Made by a program: the position numbers and the translations under genes
The notes under the pieces: generated by a model
Database searches by the model: none
Told to the model about the DNA's origin: nothing
The model's input: the letters and a program-made list of their open reading frames with translations, nothing else
Assembly (NCBI GenBank): GCA_036930585.1
Contig: GCA_036930585.1_3066.1
Direction: 5' to 3' (one strand)
DNA: 64,000 nucleotides
Source of the DNA: a phage
Shown here: one piece after another, positions 30,785 to 40,641 of the stretch
Layout: each line of letters opens with the position of its first letter
How positions within the stretch are numbered: the first letter of the stretch is position 1

Positions 30785-32962
30785 TTAGGCCGCAAGGGCC
30801 TTCATAGTTTTAGCGATTTGGGAAACTTCATCATCGCTTAAAGAATTGCGATAACCGATGAAGTCGGAAACAATACGGAATTTCTTGGTAAACTCAGCAA
30901 CCATTTTATCACTATTTTTTGAAGCATTACGTGATAATTCATCAAAGAGATTAGTTACTGTCCAGATATCATGACCGATGGTATCTTTTCCACCATTGAA
31001 ATACACACCGCGTAATGAACTAACCATATTACCAAGTCGTGTATATTCTTCAGAAACTTCATCTGTACTGAAGTACTTCATCATAAAATCTAGTTCAGGA
31101 TACTTGATAATTTTATCAATATATCGTTGAGCTGAACTTGAATAACCTACGTACTTATCATAATCTACATCATCAAAAGCATCTACATATAAATCACGCA
31201 GAGTTTCAAAAATACATTGGCACTGACCGAGTTCTTTTACCTTTTTCTGTAAAAGCGGACGAATAACATAAAATTCATTAATGCCAATAAGATTAGCCAT
31301 ACGAATCAAAATATTCATAGATGGATGACAAAGTGATGTAGTACCATCCATAGAGAAAATATCAGAACGATGCATATACGCTACATACCCAGTAATTTCA
31401 TCTGCTTCTGATGTGAGCGTAAATAATTCCTCTTTTTCCCAGCGCCCATCTTTAATTTCAAACTTAAATGCTGTAGCAGCTTTAGGACGAGGAGCTTTAC
31501 TTTTAACTACCTTTGGAATATAGCTTTTAACTAAAGCTTCGATTTCTGACAAATAATGAATGTTAACTTCATCACTTTCAAACATCGCCATAATATCAGG
31601 GAGTAAATCAATCTGCGATTCTACTTCTGGATTAATAAACAGAAGGCGTTCGTTGTGATGAATATTCAAAGTGTTATTAAATTCACTATCATCTAACGCA
31701 TGTGCTAATCCACGGACAATATTAACACGATTTTTAATATTATCAATAACGATATTAATTTTTGTTGCATTAATACCAAACAGACGATAACTTGATGCAA
31801 CGGCTGAAGTTTCATGACTTTGCTTAATGCGCTTCAGTCGAGGGTCAAGATTTACTTCATACACAACTCCTGCATTGCATAACTTACTATCAGGTTCAAA
31901 CATGCTTTGCATCTTCTTATATGACAGATTTTTAGTCGTAAATTTGACTGAATTACTAATCATATAATCTCGAGCAGAATACCCCATCTTCATCAATTCA
32001 CGATATGTATGACGGGGAGATGTGGATTCTTTAAATCGTTTTACATCTTCATTAAATGCTTTCTCACTGAGTTCTTTAACTCGTTCAATAATATTTTTAC
32101 GAGTACGATCATCCAGTGAAAGAGCCTCGCGAGATGGAGCAATATCAAGTGAACCCATTGGAAACTTAATGTAATTCACTTCATTGCGAATGCTTAGCCA
32201 GTTACGGTCTCTAATAACACCATCGATAGGATAAACAATACCGCCATAGATAGCATATAATCCACCACGATCAGGCCAGTATCTTTCTGGATTTACACCG
32301 TAATAGTCATCAAAATCCGGAAAATAATCAATTTCGCGGTCAAGACCATTAATGATAGCCAAATCTTTGAACGGTCGCATGATATAAGAAACTTCATAAG
32401 CAAAGTTTCTAAAGTCTTTTTCTTCAACTGGAACTACGATTTCAATACCAGTTTTATCATCTGGACCCATTTCTTTTACGAATGTAGGTTTAATCTGTGG
32501 GCCATCACCATCCATGTAAGCTACATAACCACGAATTTCACCTTTATGATACGAAGTAATACTAAATGTATCAGTATAACTAAACGGAGATTTAGAACCT
32601 AAACCAAATCCGCCAATAAAGTCATTAGATTCAGCTTTAGATGAACTGAAGTATGAATTATACAACCCAGGAGAATTATCATCACCTTGAATATCAAAAT
32701 CGCTCATACCTGGACCAAAATCTCGACAAACAAATCGCGGATCTAATCGTCCTGGAACTTGAATGATAAATTTTTCAGGATTTCCATTGAGAGCATGGGC
32801 ATCAATCATGTTGGTAATCAATTCACGGACTACTGCGCGAATCTTGTTTGTATACAAATCAGATGACAGAATTTTGAATACTTTAGGAGATGCTGTGATG
32901 CTAAATGCCTTTGATTTAGAACCATTGCCAAGAATTGTTTCTTTTTCAGTGGTGATAATCAT
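30785..32962 (-). CDS. rIIA: rIIA protein
   Basis: 725-aa ORF with GHKL ATPase-like N-terminal region. Confidence 0.95.
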   Translation of the reverse strand: MIITTEKETILGNGSKSKAFSITASPKVFKILSSDLYTNKIRAVVRELITNMIDAHALNGNPEKFIIQVPGRLDPRFVCRDFGPGMSDFDIQGDDNSPGLYNSYFSSSKAESNDFIGGFGLGSKSPFSYTDTFSITSYHKGEIRGYVAYMDGDGPQIKPTFVKEMGPDDKTGIEIVVPVEEKDFRNFAYEVSYIMRPFKDLAIINGLDREIDYFPDFDDYYGVNPERYWPDRGGLYAIYGGIVYPIDGVIRDRNWLSIRNEVNYIKFPMGSLDIAPSREALSLDDRTRKNIIERVKELSEKAFNEDVKRFKESTSPRHTYRELMKMGYSARDYMISNSVKFTTKNLSYKKMQSMFEPDSKLCNAGVVYEVNLDPRLKRIKQSHETSAVASSYRLFGINATKINIVIDNIKNRVNIVRGLAHALDDSEFNNTLNIHHNERLLFINPEVESQIDLLPDIMAMFESDEVNIHYLSEIEALVKSYIPKVVKSKAPRPKAATAFKFEIKDGRWEKEELFTLTSEADEITGYVAYMHRSDIFSMDGTTSLCHPSMNILIRMANLIGINEFYVIRPLLQKKVKELGQCQCIFETLRDLYVDAFDDVDYDKYVGYSSSAQRYIDKIIKYPELDFMMKYFSTDEVSEEYTRLGNMVSSLRGVYFNGGKDTIGHDIWTVTNLFDELSRNASKNSDKMVAEFTKKFRIVSDFIGYRNSLSDDEVSQIAKTMKALAA

Positions 32963-32972
32963 AATTTCCTCA

Positions 32973-33176
32973 TTAATTCATATTGCGTTTAATAACTTCA
33001 GCAACTTCTAGTAATTCATCTTTAGTTGCGGTGTCGGATTGAATTTTATCTCTAATAGCCTTAAAGCGGTTTTTAAACTCTTCGGCTTCTCCCATATCGA
33101 AAAAGCGTTGAATGATTCTATATTCTCGATGAACTGCTTTATCAAAAAGTTCTAAATTTACTTTATATGATTTCAT
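32973..33176 (-). CDS. Hypothetical protein (rIIA.1-like, 67 aa)
   Basis: ORF track. Confidence 0.5.
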   Translation of the reverse strand: MKSYKVNLELFDKAVHREYRIIQRFFDMGEAEEFKNRFKAIRDKIQSDTATKDELLEVAEVIKRNMN

Positions 33177-33201
33177 TTCAATATCCTCATTTGCCCAATT
33201 A

Positions 33202-33231
33202 ATTATACCACATCCTTGTGGTAAAGTAAAC
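33202..33231 (-). promoter_or_regulatory. Early promoter (GTTTAC -35, TATAAT -10) inside 3' end of gene 60
   Basis: Minus strand GTTTACTTTACCACAAGGATGTGGTATAAT. Confidence 0.5.
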
Positions 33232-33763
33232 TACTGGCTCATCCATTCTTTACGAAGGTCAGCATTATCTCCCATGAGCATTTCAAAAAGTTCTTTCCAA
33301 TTCTCAGGAAGTTTAACAACATCATATACTGGATTTTGAATCATCTCACGATATTCAGATTTTTCCAAAGAGCCAAGTCCTTTAATATAACGGATGCTAT
33401 GTTTAGGTAGAGCATCTTTGGCACTCTCATATTCAGCGACTGTATAAAACCATTCTTGTTTTTTACCGACCTGAGCGATGATTACAGGAGTTTTGACGAA
33501 GCGAATTCTTCCTTGTTCAAACAGTTCTGGCCAATTACTAAAAAATCCGAGCAGAGAAGGATAAATAGAACCTAATCCAATAATCTCTTAATTATGAGGT
33601 ATTTCTATAGATAGCCCGAAGGCTATCCATCGTGATCTGCGTCTGTCATAATAGCGACATTCGCATAGTTCATTGAAGAGGATTTAATAGAACGACGAAC
33701 ATTGTTCTGCAATTTATATTTTTTCATATCAACGCTAGAAGAATCAATTTTTACAAATTTCAT
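33231..33763 (-). CDS. 60: Topoisomerase II subunit gp60, with 50-nt translational bypass
   Basis: Codons 1-46 (MKFVKIDSS...TDADHDG) end at GGA 33628..33626 followed by TAG; translation resumes at UUA 33575..33573 (LGSIYPSLLGFF...) to stop 33233..33231. Confidence 0.85.
33576..33625 (-). promoter_or_regulatory. Gene 60 coding gap (bypass element): take-off GGA, stop UAG, UUCG-loop hairpin, landing GGA
   Basis: GGA UAG CCUUCGGGCUA UCUAUAGAAAUACCUCAUAAUUAAGAGAUUAUUGGA UUA read directly from the minus strand. Confidence 0.85.
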
Positions 33764-34562
33764 TATACACCTCATAGAACTTTTCATCAGGAATCCAACC
33801 GCGTTTAAATTCATTAAATGCTCGGCCGAATAATTTTGAATTCACAGTTATATTATTAACTGATTTCCATTTAGCAACTCCCGTTCGTTTATAATGATCG
33901 GGGTCATATTTCGTGACGTACCATTCATATAAATTTGGTATTAATTTTACAGCCTCTGGATTTGTCGCTGATTTATTATACCATGGTTTCGCTTTTTCAA
34001 GTTCAGCTGCTTTTGCAGTAGCAGCAACAGTATTTCCAATACCAACTAATTTTTCAGCTTTAATGCGTGGGTCATTAACATGAAGACGAAAAACTTCGCC
34101 TTTTTCATTTTTAAAGCATGTCATGCCTTTAATTCCAGGAAGCTTAACACCTTTATTAACGCCGCACCATTCCTTTGGGTTAAATGATCCTTTAATTAAT
34201 AAGGCGCATTTACCCGATTTAATACTTCTCATTAAAACTTTATTTTTCATAAAGTTTTTTGACCATTCAGATACTGCTCTTTGATGGTAAATTCTAGCAA
34301 TTTCATATAATTTACTAGAACGTAAATATTTTTCAGTGTTTAACATTCTATTCATCGCATATGCCATTTCACGATTACGATGAATTTTATATAGTAGAAA
34401 ATGTGCTAAAAAGTGTTCACGAAAAGTCAGTTTCACCAAATTTTCTTTATCATCAGAACCTCCCATTGATCTTGGAAGGATATGATGAATTTCACCCTTA
34501 AATTTAGAAACGCGGGTTTTACCCCGCGCTATTAAGTCATTATAGATTTTTTCGTAATTCAC
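33744..34562 (-). CDS. mobA: HNH homing endonuclease MobA (272-aa ORF; start uncertain)
   Basis: Free-standing ORF between 39 and 60, overlapping both; HNH-like HH...N...H region (EIHHILPRSMGGSDDKENLVKLTFREHFLAH). Confidence 0.7.
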   Translation of the reverse strand: MNYEKIYNDLIARGKTRVSKFKGEIHHILPRSMGGSDDKENLVKLTFREHFLAHFLLYKIHRNREMAYAMNRMLNTEKYLRSSKLYEIARIYHQRAVSEWSKNFMKNKVLMRSIKSGKCALLIKGSFNPKEWCGVNKGVKLPGIKGMTCFKNEKGEVFRLHVNDPRIKAEKLVGIGNTVAATAKAAELEKAKPWYNKSATNPEAVKLIPNLYEWYVTKYDPDHYKRTGVAKWKSVNNITVNSKLFGRAFNEFKRGWIPDEKFYEVYNEICKN

Positions 34563-36093
34563 CTACTGTTATCCATTTACCATTAATCTGTACTTCATCA
34601 TTTTCATTTACGATAATTGTATCGCCATTTAGTTCGAAAGTAAACCACTCGCCATCTTCTTTTTCTTCAAACGCCTTTTCACCGAGAACTAATCCAGTGA
34701 TTGCGCAAATATCAAACAATTCTTTGTTTTTAAGCATATCAGCATATGACATACCCCAACTGTTGAGAACTTTACCGCGCAATGGATAACCACCATGAAG
34801 TTCTTTATCACGAACATCAATAAGATATCCGATAGCAGAATCACCCTCAGTCAAGAAAAGAGTAGTGTCAGCATCTTTACCGCAAAGATTCGCTTTAATG
34901 TGTTTATGAACCTTAGCTTTAGAAGCCTTTTTAGCTGCTTTAGTTTCTGCTGCCTTTTCTGCCGCCAATTTACGAGCCAAAGCAGCTTCAATAATCGGCA
35001 TTAGAATTGCTTCATTATTTAGAATAGCACGTGAAATCTTTTTAGCATCAAGTTGAATATGACTACGGATTTCACCAAATGGAGAAGTCAAACGCTCTTT
35101 AGTTTGAGAATCAAATCGCATGTTTTTCATATCACGGACAAACATAACGATAGTCAAACATTCTTTAACGCGTGCTTTAGTCACATCAATTTTGAACTTA
35201 CGTTTGATTTGTGGAATAAGGTCTTCACAAATATCATCCATAACACAGTCAATGTGATGGCCACCATTCTTAGTGTGAATGTTATTCACATAAGTTAATT
35301 GACGAAAACCATCCGGTGAACGACCAACCGCAATAGAGCAATTTTCTTGTTCTTGAACGATAGCATGTTCATCATATTGGCGTGCATATTTCTTAAAATT
35401 GCCCTGAACCTTTTTACCATTAAAGGTAAATTGAATATCAGGATAAACTACTGCAAGTGTCTGGAGACGATCTAGTGTAATGTCAAGATAAACTTGGGAC
35501 AGCTCATTAGTTTCAAATGACATAAAATCAGGAATGAAAGTAACACGAGTTCCTTTCCATTTTCCAGGAATAGTTTCCCATGATTTATTTTCCATGCCAT
35601 TTGAACAACGAACTACAATATTATTTTGACCATCACCAGTTTCACCGACAAACATCACAGAAAAAATGTTTGTCAAACTAGAACCAACACCATTCATACC
35701 ACCGGTGACACGTTCTTTATCATCACCAAAGTTACCACCTGCTTTTGGAATAGTCCAGGCAGCAACAGGACCAGGAATTTCTTCACCAGTAGGTGTTTTG
35801 ACCATCGCTTGTGGAATACCGCGACCGTTATCTTCAACTGTTACTTGATTGTTTTTAATAGTAACATTAATTTTATTTGCGAATTTAAACTTAGTACGAA
35901 TACCTTCATCTACTGAGTTATCGATAATTTCATCAATAAGCTTAACAAGACCAGGTACATACTGAACACTTTCCCATTTACCAAACAGAAAGCGCTCATG
36001 CATTTCATTAGCAGAAGAGCCAATATACATGCCGCTACGCTTTTTGATATGTTCAATATCGCTCAGAATTTTAATTTCATTCTTAATCATCAC
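34540..36093 (-). CDS. 39: DNA topoisomerase II large subunit gp39 (ATPase)
   Basis: 517-aa ORF with GHKL ATPase motifs (IDNSVDE, GxxGxG). Confidence 0.95.
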   Translation of the reverse strand: MMIKNEIKILSDIEHIKKRSGMYIGSSANEMHERFLFGKWESVQYVPGLVKLIDEIIDNSVDEGIRTKFKFANKINVTIKNNQVTVEDNGRGIPQAMVKTPTGEEIPGPVAAWTIPKAGGNFGDDKERVTGGMNGVGSSLTNIFSVMFVGETGDGQNNIVVRCSNGMENKSWETIPGKWKGTRVTFIPDFMSFETNELSQVYLDITLDRLQTLAVVYPDIQFTFNGKKVQGNFKKYARQYDEHAIVQEQENCSIAVGRSPDGFRQLTYVNNIHTKNGGHHIDCVMDDICEDLIPQIKRKFKIDVTKARVKECLTIVMFVRDMKNMRFDSQTKERLTSPFGEIRSHIQLDAKKISRAILNNEAILMPIIEAALARKLAAEKAAETKAAKKASKAKVHKHIKANLCGKDADTTLFLTEGDSAIGYLIDVRDKELHGGYPLRGKVLNSWGMSYADMLKNKELFDICAITGLVLGEKAFEEKEDGEWFTFELNGDTIIVNENDEVQINGKWITVGELRKNL

Positions 36094-36143
36094 TTATCCT
36101 CGTTTGGTTTCGGGAATATTATACTCCGGTAATCATAAAGCTA

Positions 36144-36161
36144 AAGGCCCGAAGGCCTTTT
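36144..36161 (-). other. GC hairpin AAAGGCC-CGAA-GGCCTTT between ORF 36160..36429 and gene 39
   Basis: Perfect 7-bp stem; weak U-tract. Confidence 0.4.
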
Positions 36162-36429
36162 ATTTAAAACGAATAGTCGAATCCTTGAAGAATAGTCCAG
36201 AACATACTGTTCCTTCTACTTTCTGCCCAGTAGGTCCAATAGCACGAAATCCAGTACGCTGGAAATCATTTTCAGAGCAACCGAACCAATTATATCCAGT
36301 GATTTCAATATTAGTAAAACCACTTGAAGACAAAACTTTGGTTGCATTATCAGCATCAGTACATCCTATTAAAGACACTGCTAATACTAATGCTGCGATA
36401 GAACGATTAATATATTTCATAATTTTCAC
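36160..36429 (-). CDS. Putative lipoprotein (89 aa)
   Basis: Signal peptide with lipobox LIGC. Confidence 0.5.
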   Translation of the reverse strand: MKIMKYINRSIAALVLAVSLIGCTDADNATKVLSSSGFTNIEITGYNWFGCSENDFQRTGFRAIGPTGQKVEGTVCSGLFFKDSTIRFK

Positions 36430-36797
36430 TTAAATTTAATGGCTTGAAGAAGACTAATAACTCTCAAGCGGCTTCTTTCATCTTTAACTGTAAAGGAAAG
36501 AGGGTCACCAGATTTCATAGTGATAGTGCATTCAAAATCAAAATCTTCGGGAACTTCTTCGAATAGATCAAATTCTTCATCATATATTAGAACATTACTC
36601 TGAAAACTGTGAAGAATTTTTCCGTCATTTCCAGATGCTGTACTAATCATTGTAACGTTATTACCTTTCATATCTTCAACGATAAATTCGCTTGTAGATA
36701 TTACATTACTAATAGAACCATTCCTATAAATAGCAGAAAATAGATATTTCTTTTCTTCACCTTCGCGAATGCGATATTTCTTACCGATTTTAAACAT
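36426..36797 (-). CDS. Hypothetical protein (123 aa)
   Basis: ORF track. Confidence 0.5.
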   Translation of the reverse strand: MFKIGKKYRIREGEEKKYLFSAIYRNGSISNVISTSEFIVEDMKGNNVTMISTASGNDGKILHSFQSNVLIYDEEFDLFEEVPEDFDFECTITMKSGDPLSFTVKDERSRLRVISLLQAIKFK

Positions 36798-36832
36798 AAT
36801 TACCCTTTAAGTAAGTCGTAAAATCCGCCATT

Positions 36833-36976
36833 CACATGCTTAGGGGCAGAGACTAACCGAATAGCAATCCGATGACAATCAGGACATACATCAGTATCTC
36901 TTTCAGAAATTTTCTTGATTTTTTCGTATTCTTTTGCGCAGTCTTTTGATTGACATTTATAATCATAAAGCGGCAT
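36833..36976 (-). CDS. Small zinc-ribbon protein (47 aa)
   Basis: MPLYDYKCQSKDC...CPDCH, two CxxC pairs; not in track. Confidence 0.35.
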
Positions 36977-36978
36977 AA

Positions 36979-37392
36979 TTATTCCTTAAAGTGAGCTTTC
37001 AACATCTGATACAAGGACCATGCCTGTTCATCATTTTCAATAGTAACTTTCATTACAGGGAATTTAGATTGATCAGTTATCGGTGCAGATTCTTCCTGCT
37101 CTTCAGCTGCCTGGTATGGATTTTCAACTTCATTAAAGAATTCAGCTTCATTCGATGAAAGCCAAATAAAATCTTCATCCAAAATATCTTTACCAGAAGA
37201 TAGTACTAAATTTCCAGCAAATGACATAATTTTAATAGGACGCCCAAGAGCATCCACATCTAAAATTTTAAAAGGATGCATGCCTAAACGGCGTGCATAG
37301 ATTCCGTTATCAGTATGGTCTTTAATAAAATTTTCTTGAGCTTGTTTATTTTTAAATTGATACCATTTATTAACTTCAAATTTAATAGCCAT
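36979..37392 (-). CDS. Hypothetical protein (goF/comC-alpha-like position, 137 aa)
   Basis: ORF track; position between 39 and cef. Confidence 0.5.
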   Translation of the reverse strand: MAIKFEVNKWYQFKNKQAQENFIKDHTDNGIYARRLGMHPFKILDVDALGRPIKIMSFAGNLVLSSGKDILDEDFIWLSSNEAEFFNEVENPYQAAEEQEESAPITDQSKFPVMKVTIENDEQAWSLYQMLKAHFKE

Positions 37393-37610
37393 TAATAAAT
37401 TTCCTTCCAGTAAGTTGTACCATCTTCAGTGATTTCACGAAATACACCGTAAATTGGTTGTTTATCCCCAACCTTTTCATACACATAAACCGAAGTCAAG
37501 TGAGTAAACTTAGCAGTGTGTTCCTTTTGAACTACTACCAAATCTGGATCGAATAACACATCTTCAAATTCATCATTAGTGCAATTCTGAATAATTTTAC
37601 GTTTCATCAT
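37392..37610 (-). CDS. Small protein at cef position (72 aa)
   Basis: ORF track; size matches T4 Cef. Confidence 0.5.
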   Translation of the reverse strand: MMKRKIIQNCTNDEFEDVLFDPDLVVVQKEHTAKFTHLTSVYVYEKVGDKQPIYGVFREITEDGTTYWKEIY

Positions 37611-37779
37611 AATTTCCTCATTAATTGAACATTGGAGCGATGCGTTTCAGAAGAGTAGCAGCACCTTTGGCAAATTTTCCATTTTATTCTCCAAGTTGTT
37701 TTCTGTATCAGTAGTTGATATTGATATAGTACCATAATCAACTACTGATGTATATAGTTTTATGAAAAAATTTTAAACT

Positions 37780-38271
37780 TTATGCATAGCGAGCTTTGCT
37801 GTAGTGTTTAATCCAACTTTCAGGAATGACTTTGTATGTTCCTAAAAATACCGCGTTGTATAACTTAACGCCATCTTCTACCCATTGATCAGTAATGTAT
37901 GCACACATAGCGCGAGTACGCCGAGGAAGTGGTTGTCCACCTTCGATAAATTCAAACTCATAAGGAGCAATGAACTTAATAGCTTGACCGAGTTTCCACT
38001 TAAAGTCTACACCTACATGCGAAGTATCAATCGTTTCAATTCCTTTAGCGGGAACAGCTTTCAAAAACGCAGATTCAAGAAATTTCGCGCGAACATAACC
38101 AAACTGAGGTTTAGACTTTCCATCTTTAGGAATGATACGCACTTTTACTTCAGAATCTTCATCTTTAACGCCGTGTTTAAGCTGAATGCTTACAATTTCG
38201 ACCAATTTTCCTGCTGCTTTAGAACGGGATTTATCAGATACACGAGCAATTTCACCAATATTAATAATCAT
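37780..38271 (-). CDS. motB: MotB (DNA-binding modifier of transcription)
   Basis: 163-aa ORF MIINIGEIARVSDKSRSKAAGKLVEIVSIQLKHG... Confidence 0.75.
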   Translation of the reverse strand: MIINIGEIARVSDKSRSKAAGKLVEIVSIQLKHGVKDEDSEVKVRIIPKDGKSKPQFGYVRAKFLESAFLKAVPAKGIETIDTSHVGVDFKWKLGQAIKFIAPYEFEFIEGGQPLPRRTRAMCAYITDQWVEDGVKLYNAVFLGTYKVIPESWIKHYSKARYA

Positions 38272-38316
38272 AGTTATCTCTCACTTGTTAAAAAGATTTT
38301 ATACTCCACAGGACCA

Positions 38317-38345
38317 TTATACTCTGGTCCCAAGAGTTTGTAAAC
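38317..38345 (-). promoter_or_regulatory. Early promoter upstream of motB (GTTTACA-17nt-TATAAT)
   Basis: Minus strand GTTTACAAACTCTTGGGACCAGAGTATAAT. Confidence 0.6.
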
Positions 38346-38347
38346 TA

Positions 38348-38893
38348 TTAATTCAAAATAGCTACCACCGCACTACGAGGTACTACACTAAAATCTCCTG
38401 CATGGACAACGTTCAGAAGCTCAACACCATCTTCAATCCACTGGTCTGTTACCCAACCACAGATAGGATTATCAAAAGGACGACGGATAGACACAGCAGC
38501 ACACAACAGGTCTGTAGGGTCTTGTTCTTCAACTTCTTGGAACAGGATGAACTCATCTTCATAAACCAGGTTTTTCTTTATTTTGTTATTATCTAACCGG
38601 CGACCGTGGATGACGTAAGATTTGTCAAACCACTCACTTTTGGCAAATTCTTCAACAATAAATTCGCCTTCGCCAAAAACATCAGTCAGAGTTTTATGAC
38701 CAGAAATCAAGGCATTAGTTTTAATTTTAGGTTCAACCAGTTTGTAGGTTTTGCCGATTTCAATAGCGGTAGTCATAGTAGGTTCCTTAATTTCCAGTGG
38801 TTTAACAGGGCATACATAAGTACTTACAACGTCAAAATCAATCAGTTTAGCTGCCGGATTCGGTGTGTATTCAGGATTATAATTAAATTTCAT
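38348..38893 (-). CDS. MotB paralog (181 aa)
   Basis: Shares C-terminal motif ..(Y/W)(I/V)TDQW(V/I)EDGV(K/E)L(Y/L)N(A/V)V.. with motB. Confidence 0.55.
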   Translation of the reverse strand: MKFNYNPEYTPNPAAKLIDFDVVSTYVCPVKPLEIKEPTMTTAIEIGKTYKLVEPKIKTNALISGHKTLTDVFGEGEFIVEEFAKSEWFDKSYVIHGRRLDNNKIKKNLVYEDEFILFQEVEEQDPTDLLCAAVSIRRPFDNPICGWVTDQWIEDGVELLNVVHAGDFSVVPRSAVVAILN

Positions 38894-38895
38894 AA

Positions 38896-39393
38896 TTATC
38901 TCATTTCAATAAAATCTACAAGTTCAGCATGGGATTTACGGAACATTACTTGATGCCCGCCAATGATAACTTGGTCATCTGGTACTTCGTATACAGCAAG
39001 ATAAAATCCTTTCGAAGCTAATTCTTCACGCTCTTCTCGTGTGAACCATCTCATCATATCATATTCGCTAGCGAAAGCAAAATGATAAAGAGCTATAAAC
39101 CATCCTGGAATATGATATTCTACTCCAACATAATCTTTCTTGAACTTAGTATTAATTACTATATTAGCGTTTTTAACTAATAGTTTATCTTCGTGTGGTA
39201 AAGGAATTCTTTTATTATCGCTATGATGCATAAAATTAGGTCTGTCATAACCTACGTGTAATAGCCACTCTTCGCTCCATGAATCTATTATACTCCTGTA
39301 CGGCGTTATTTGAACACAAAGATTTCGACGTATTGTTATAGCATCTTCACAATCAAGAATACTAAACGATGATTCAACACGATAAATTTTCAT
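38896..39393 (-). CDS. Hypothetical protein (165 aa)
   Basis: Start moved to ATG 39393 with GAGGATAATAAA SD; track extension overlaps promoter. Confidence 0.5.
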   Translation of the reverse strand: MKIYRVESSFSILDCEDAITIRRNLCVQITPYRSIIDSWSEEWLLHVGYDRPNFMHHSDNKRIPLPHEDKLLVKNANIVINTKFKKDYVGVEYHIPGWFIALYHFAFASEYDMMRWFTREEREELASKGFYLAVYEVPDDQVIIGGHQVMFRKSHAELVDFIEMR

Positions 39394-39420
39394 TTTATTA
39401 TCCTCAGTAGCTATGGTGTT

Positions 39421-39450
39421 ATAATACCACAACTAACCGAGGAAGTAAAC
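39421..39450 (-). promoter_or_regulatory. T4-type early promoter
   Basis: Minus strand GTTTAC...TATTAT. Confidence 0.45.
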
Positions 39451-39456
39451 AACTTT

Positions 39457-40140
39457 TTATCGTTTTGTTGGAAGAGATAGAGGATCGCAATCTTCCTCTG
39501 ATGGAGCATCTTCAAGACCCATAGCATATCGCAAAGCGTACTTCATCATCAGGATGTCTTTCGCACAGTCATGAATAGAATCATGCGCAACGAATCCATC
39601 TAAAGTTCCTTTTGGAAGAGGACACGTGGTCATATCACGAACAAGTAGAAGTGCTTCAATTCTGGTACGAATATCACGCTGATTCCAGAATTTACATGGT
39701 TCTAACTTAAATGTGTCAAGCTCATTCTCAGAAACACCATTAAGACGTTGAATATCACGAATGAGATCGACTAAAATTGGAAAATCAAACGACATTCCAC
39801 GGCACCAGCCTTGAGATTTCCAAGGATCGATATTATGTGCATTGATGTAATCATTAAATTTTGCAATACCATCGATAGTGCTTACATCTTCATCTGATGG
39901 TGCAATATTTTTTCGAGCTTCAGGAGATTGATTCTTCCACCATTCGATAGTGCTTTTAGTAAAAAGACGATGTCCTTTTTGGCTTTTTAAATCAAACTTG
40001 ATTTTAATGCCGCGTGAAACTAATTCATCAAATGTTTCAACTACTTCTGGATTAGGGTCAAAAGCAATTACAGCTAAATCAATAACAGCTGCTTTTTCAC
40101 CACTTCCCATTGTTTCAAAATCTATAATAAAATCAAACAT
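39457..40140 (-). CDS. dexA: Exonuclease A (DEDD-type 3'-5' exonuclease)
   Basis: 227-aa ORF MFDFIIDFETMGSGEKAAVIDLAVIAF... Confidence 0.9.
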   Translation of the reverse strand: MFDFIIDFETMGSGEKAAVIDLAVIAFDPNPEVVETFDELVSRGIKIKFDLKSQKGHRLFTKSTIEWWKNQSPEARKNIAPSDEDVSTIDGIAKFNDYINAHNIDPWKSQGWCRGMSFDFPILVDLIRDIQRLNGVSENELDTFKLEPCKFWNQRDIRTRIEALLLVRDMTTCPLPKGTLDGFVAHDSIHDCAKDILMMKYALRYAMGLEDAPSEEDCDPLSLPTKR

Positions 40141-40382
40141 TAAATTTTCCTTGCTAAATCGCGAATTTGACCTACAGTATAATCTTGAATATAAACTTTA
40201 TTAATAGGTTCATCAATAAATTTTGCCATAGATTCAATATCTTTTTGTATTTCTTCAAGACTGTATACTATCTTTAAAGCTTTTTCGCGAATAGTAATAT
40301 TTTCAGGACCCTGATTTTCTTCAATGACAGCTTTAACATTTGTCATAAGAGATTTAAACTGGTACCAACTCAATTCAATCAT
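40140..40382 (-). CDS. Hypothetical protein (80 aa)
   Basis: ORF track. Confidence 0.45.
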   Translation of the reverse strand: MIELSWYQFKSLMTNVKAVIEENQGPENITIREKALKIVYSLEEIQKDIESMAKFIDEPINKVYIQDYTVGQIRDLARKI

Positions 40383-40635
40383 TAATAATCGCCTTATAAA
40401 GATAGCTAATTTCGCCTAAAATATAATCATTGATTGTAACAGTTTTCACTTCACCACAAAAGAATTCTAACGCAATTAAATCTCGTTCAATTTCTTCTAA
40501 TTGAAGCCTCAACTTACTAGATTCTATTTTTACAGTTTCACGATTTTTGCTATAAGCAATTTCATAAATTTCGCTTACTTTATCTTGAAGAAGATAAAAC
40601 TGATCTTTAGTTATTTCCACGAATAGCTTCCTCAA
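40375..40635 (-). CDS. Hypothetical protein (86 aa)
   Basis: ORF track. Confidence 0.45.
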   Translation of the reverse strand: MRKLFVEITKDQFYLLQDKVSEIYEIAYSKNRETVKIESSKLRLQLEEIERDLIALEFFCGEVKTVTINDYILGEISYLYKAIIND

Positions 40636-40641
40636 ATTTAA

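Noticed and set aside
37725-37760. Promoter-like element upstream of motB region lacking a GTTTAC -35
   Set aside because: Only the -10-like part is present; the -35 is not consensus, so not annotated as a promoter
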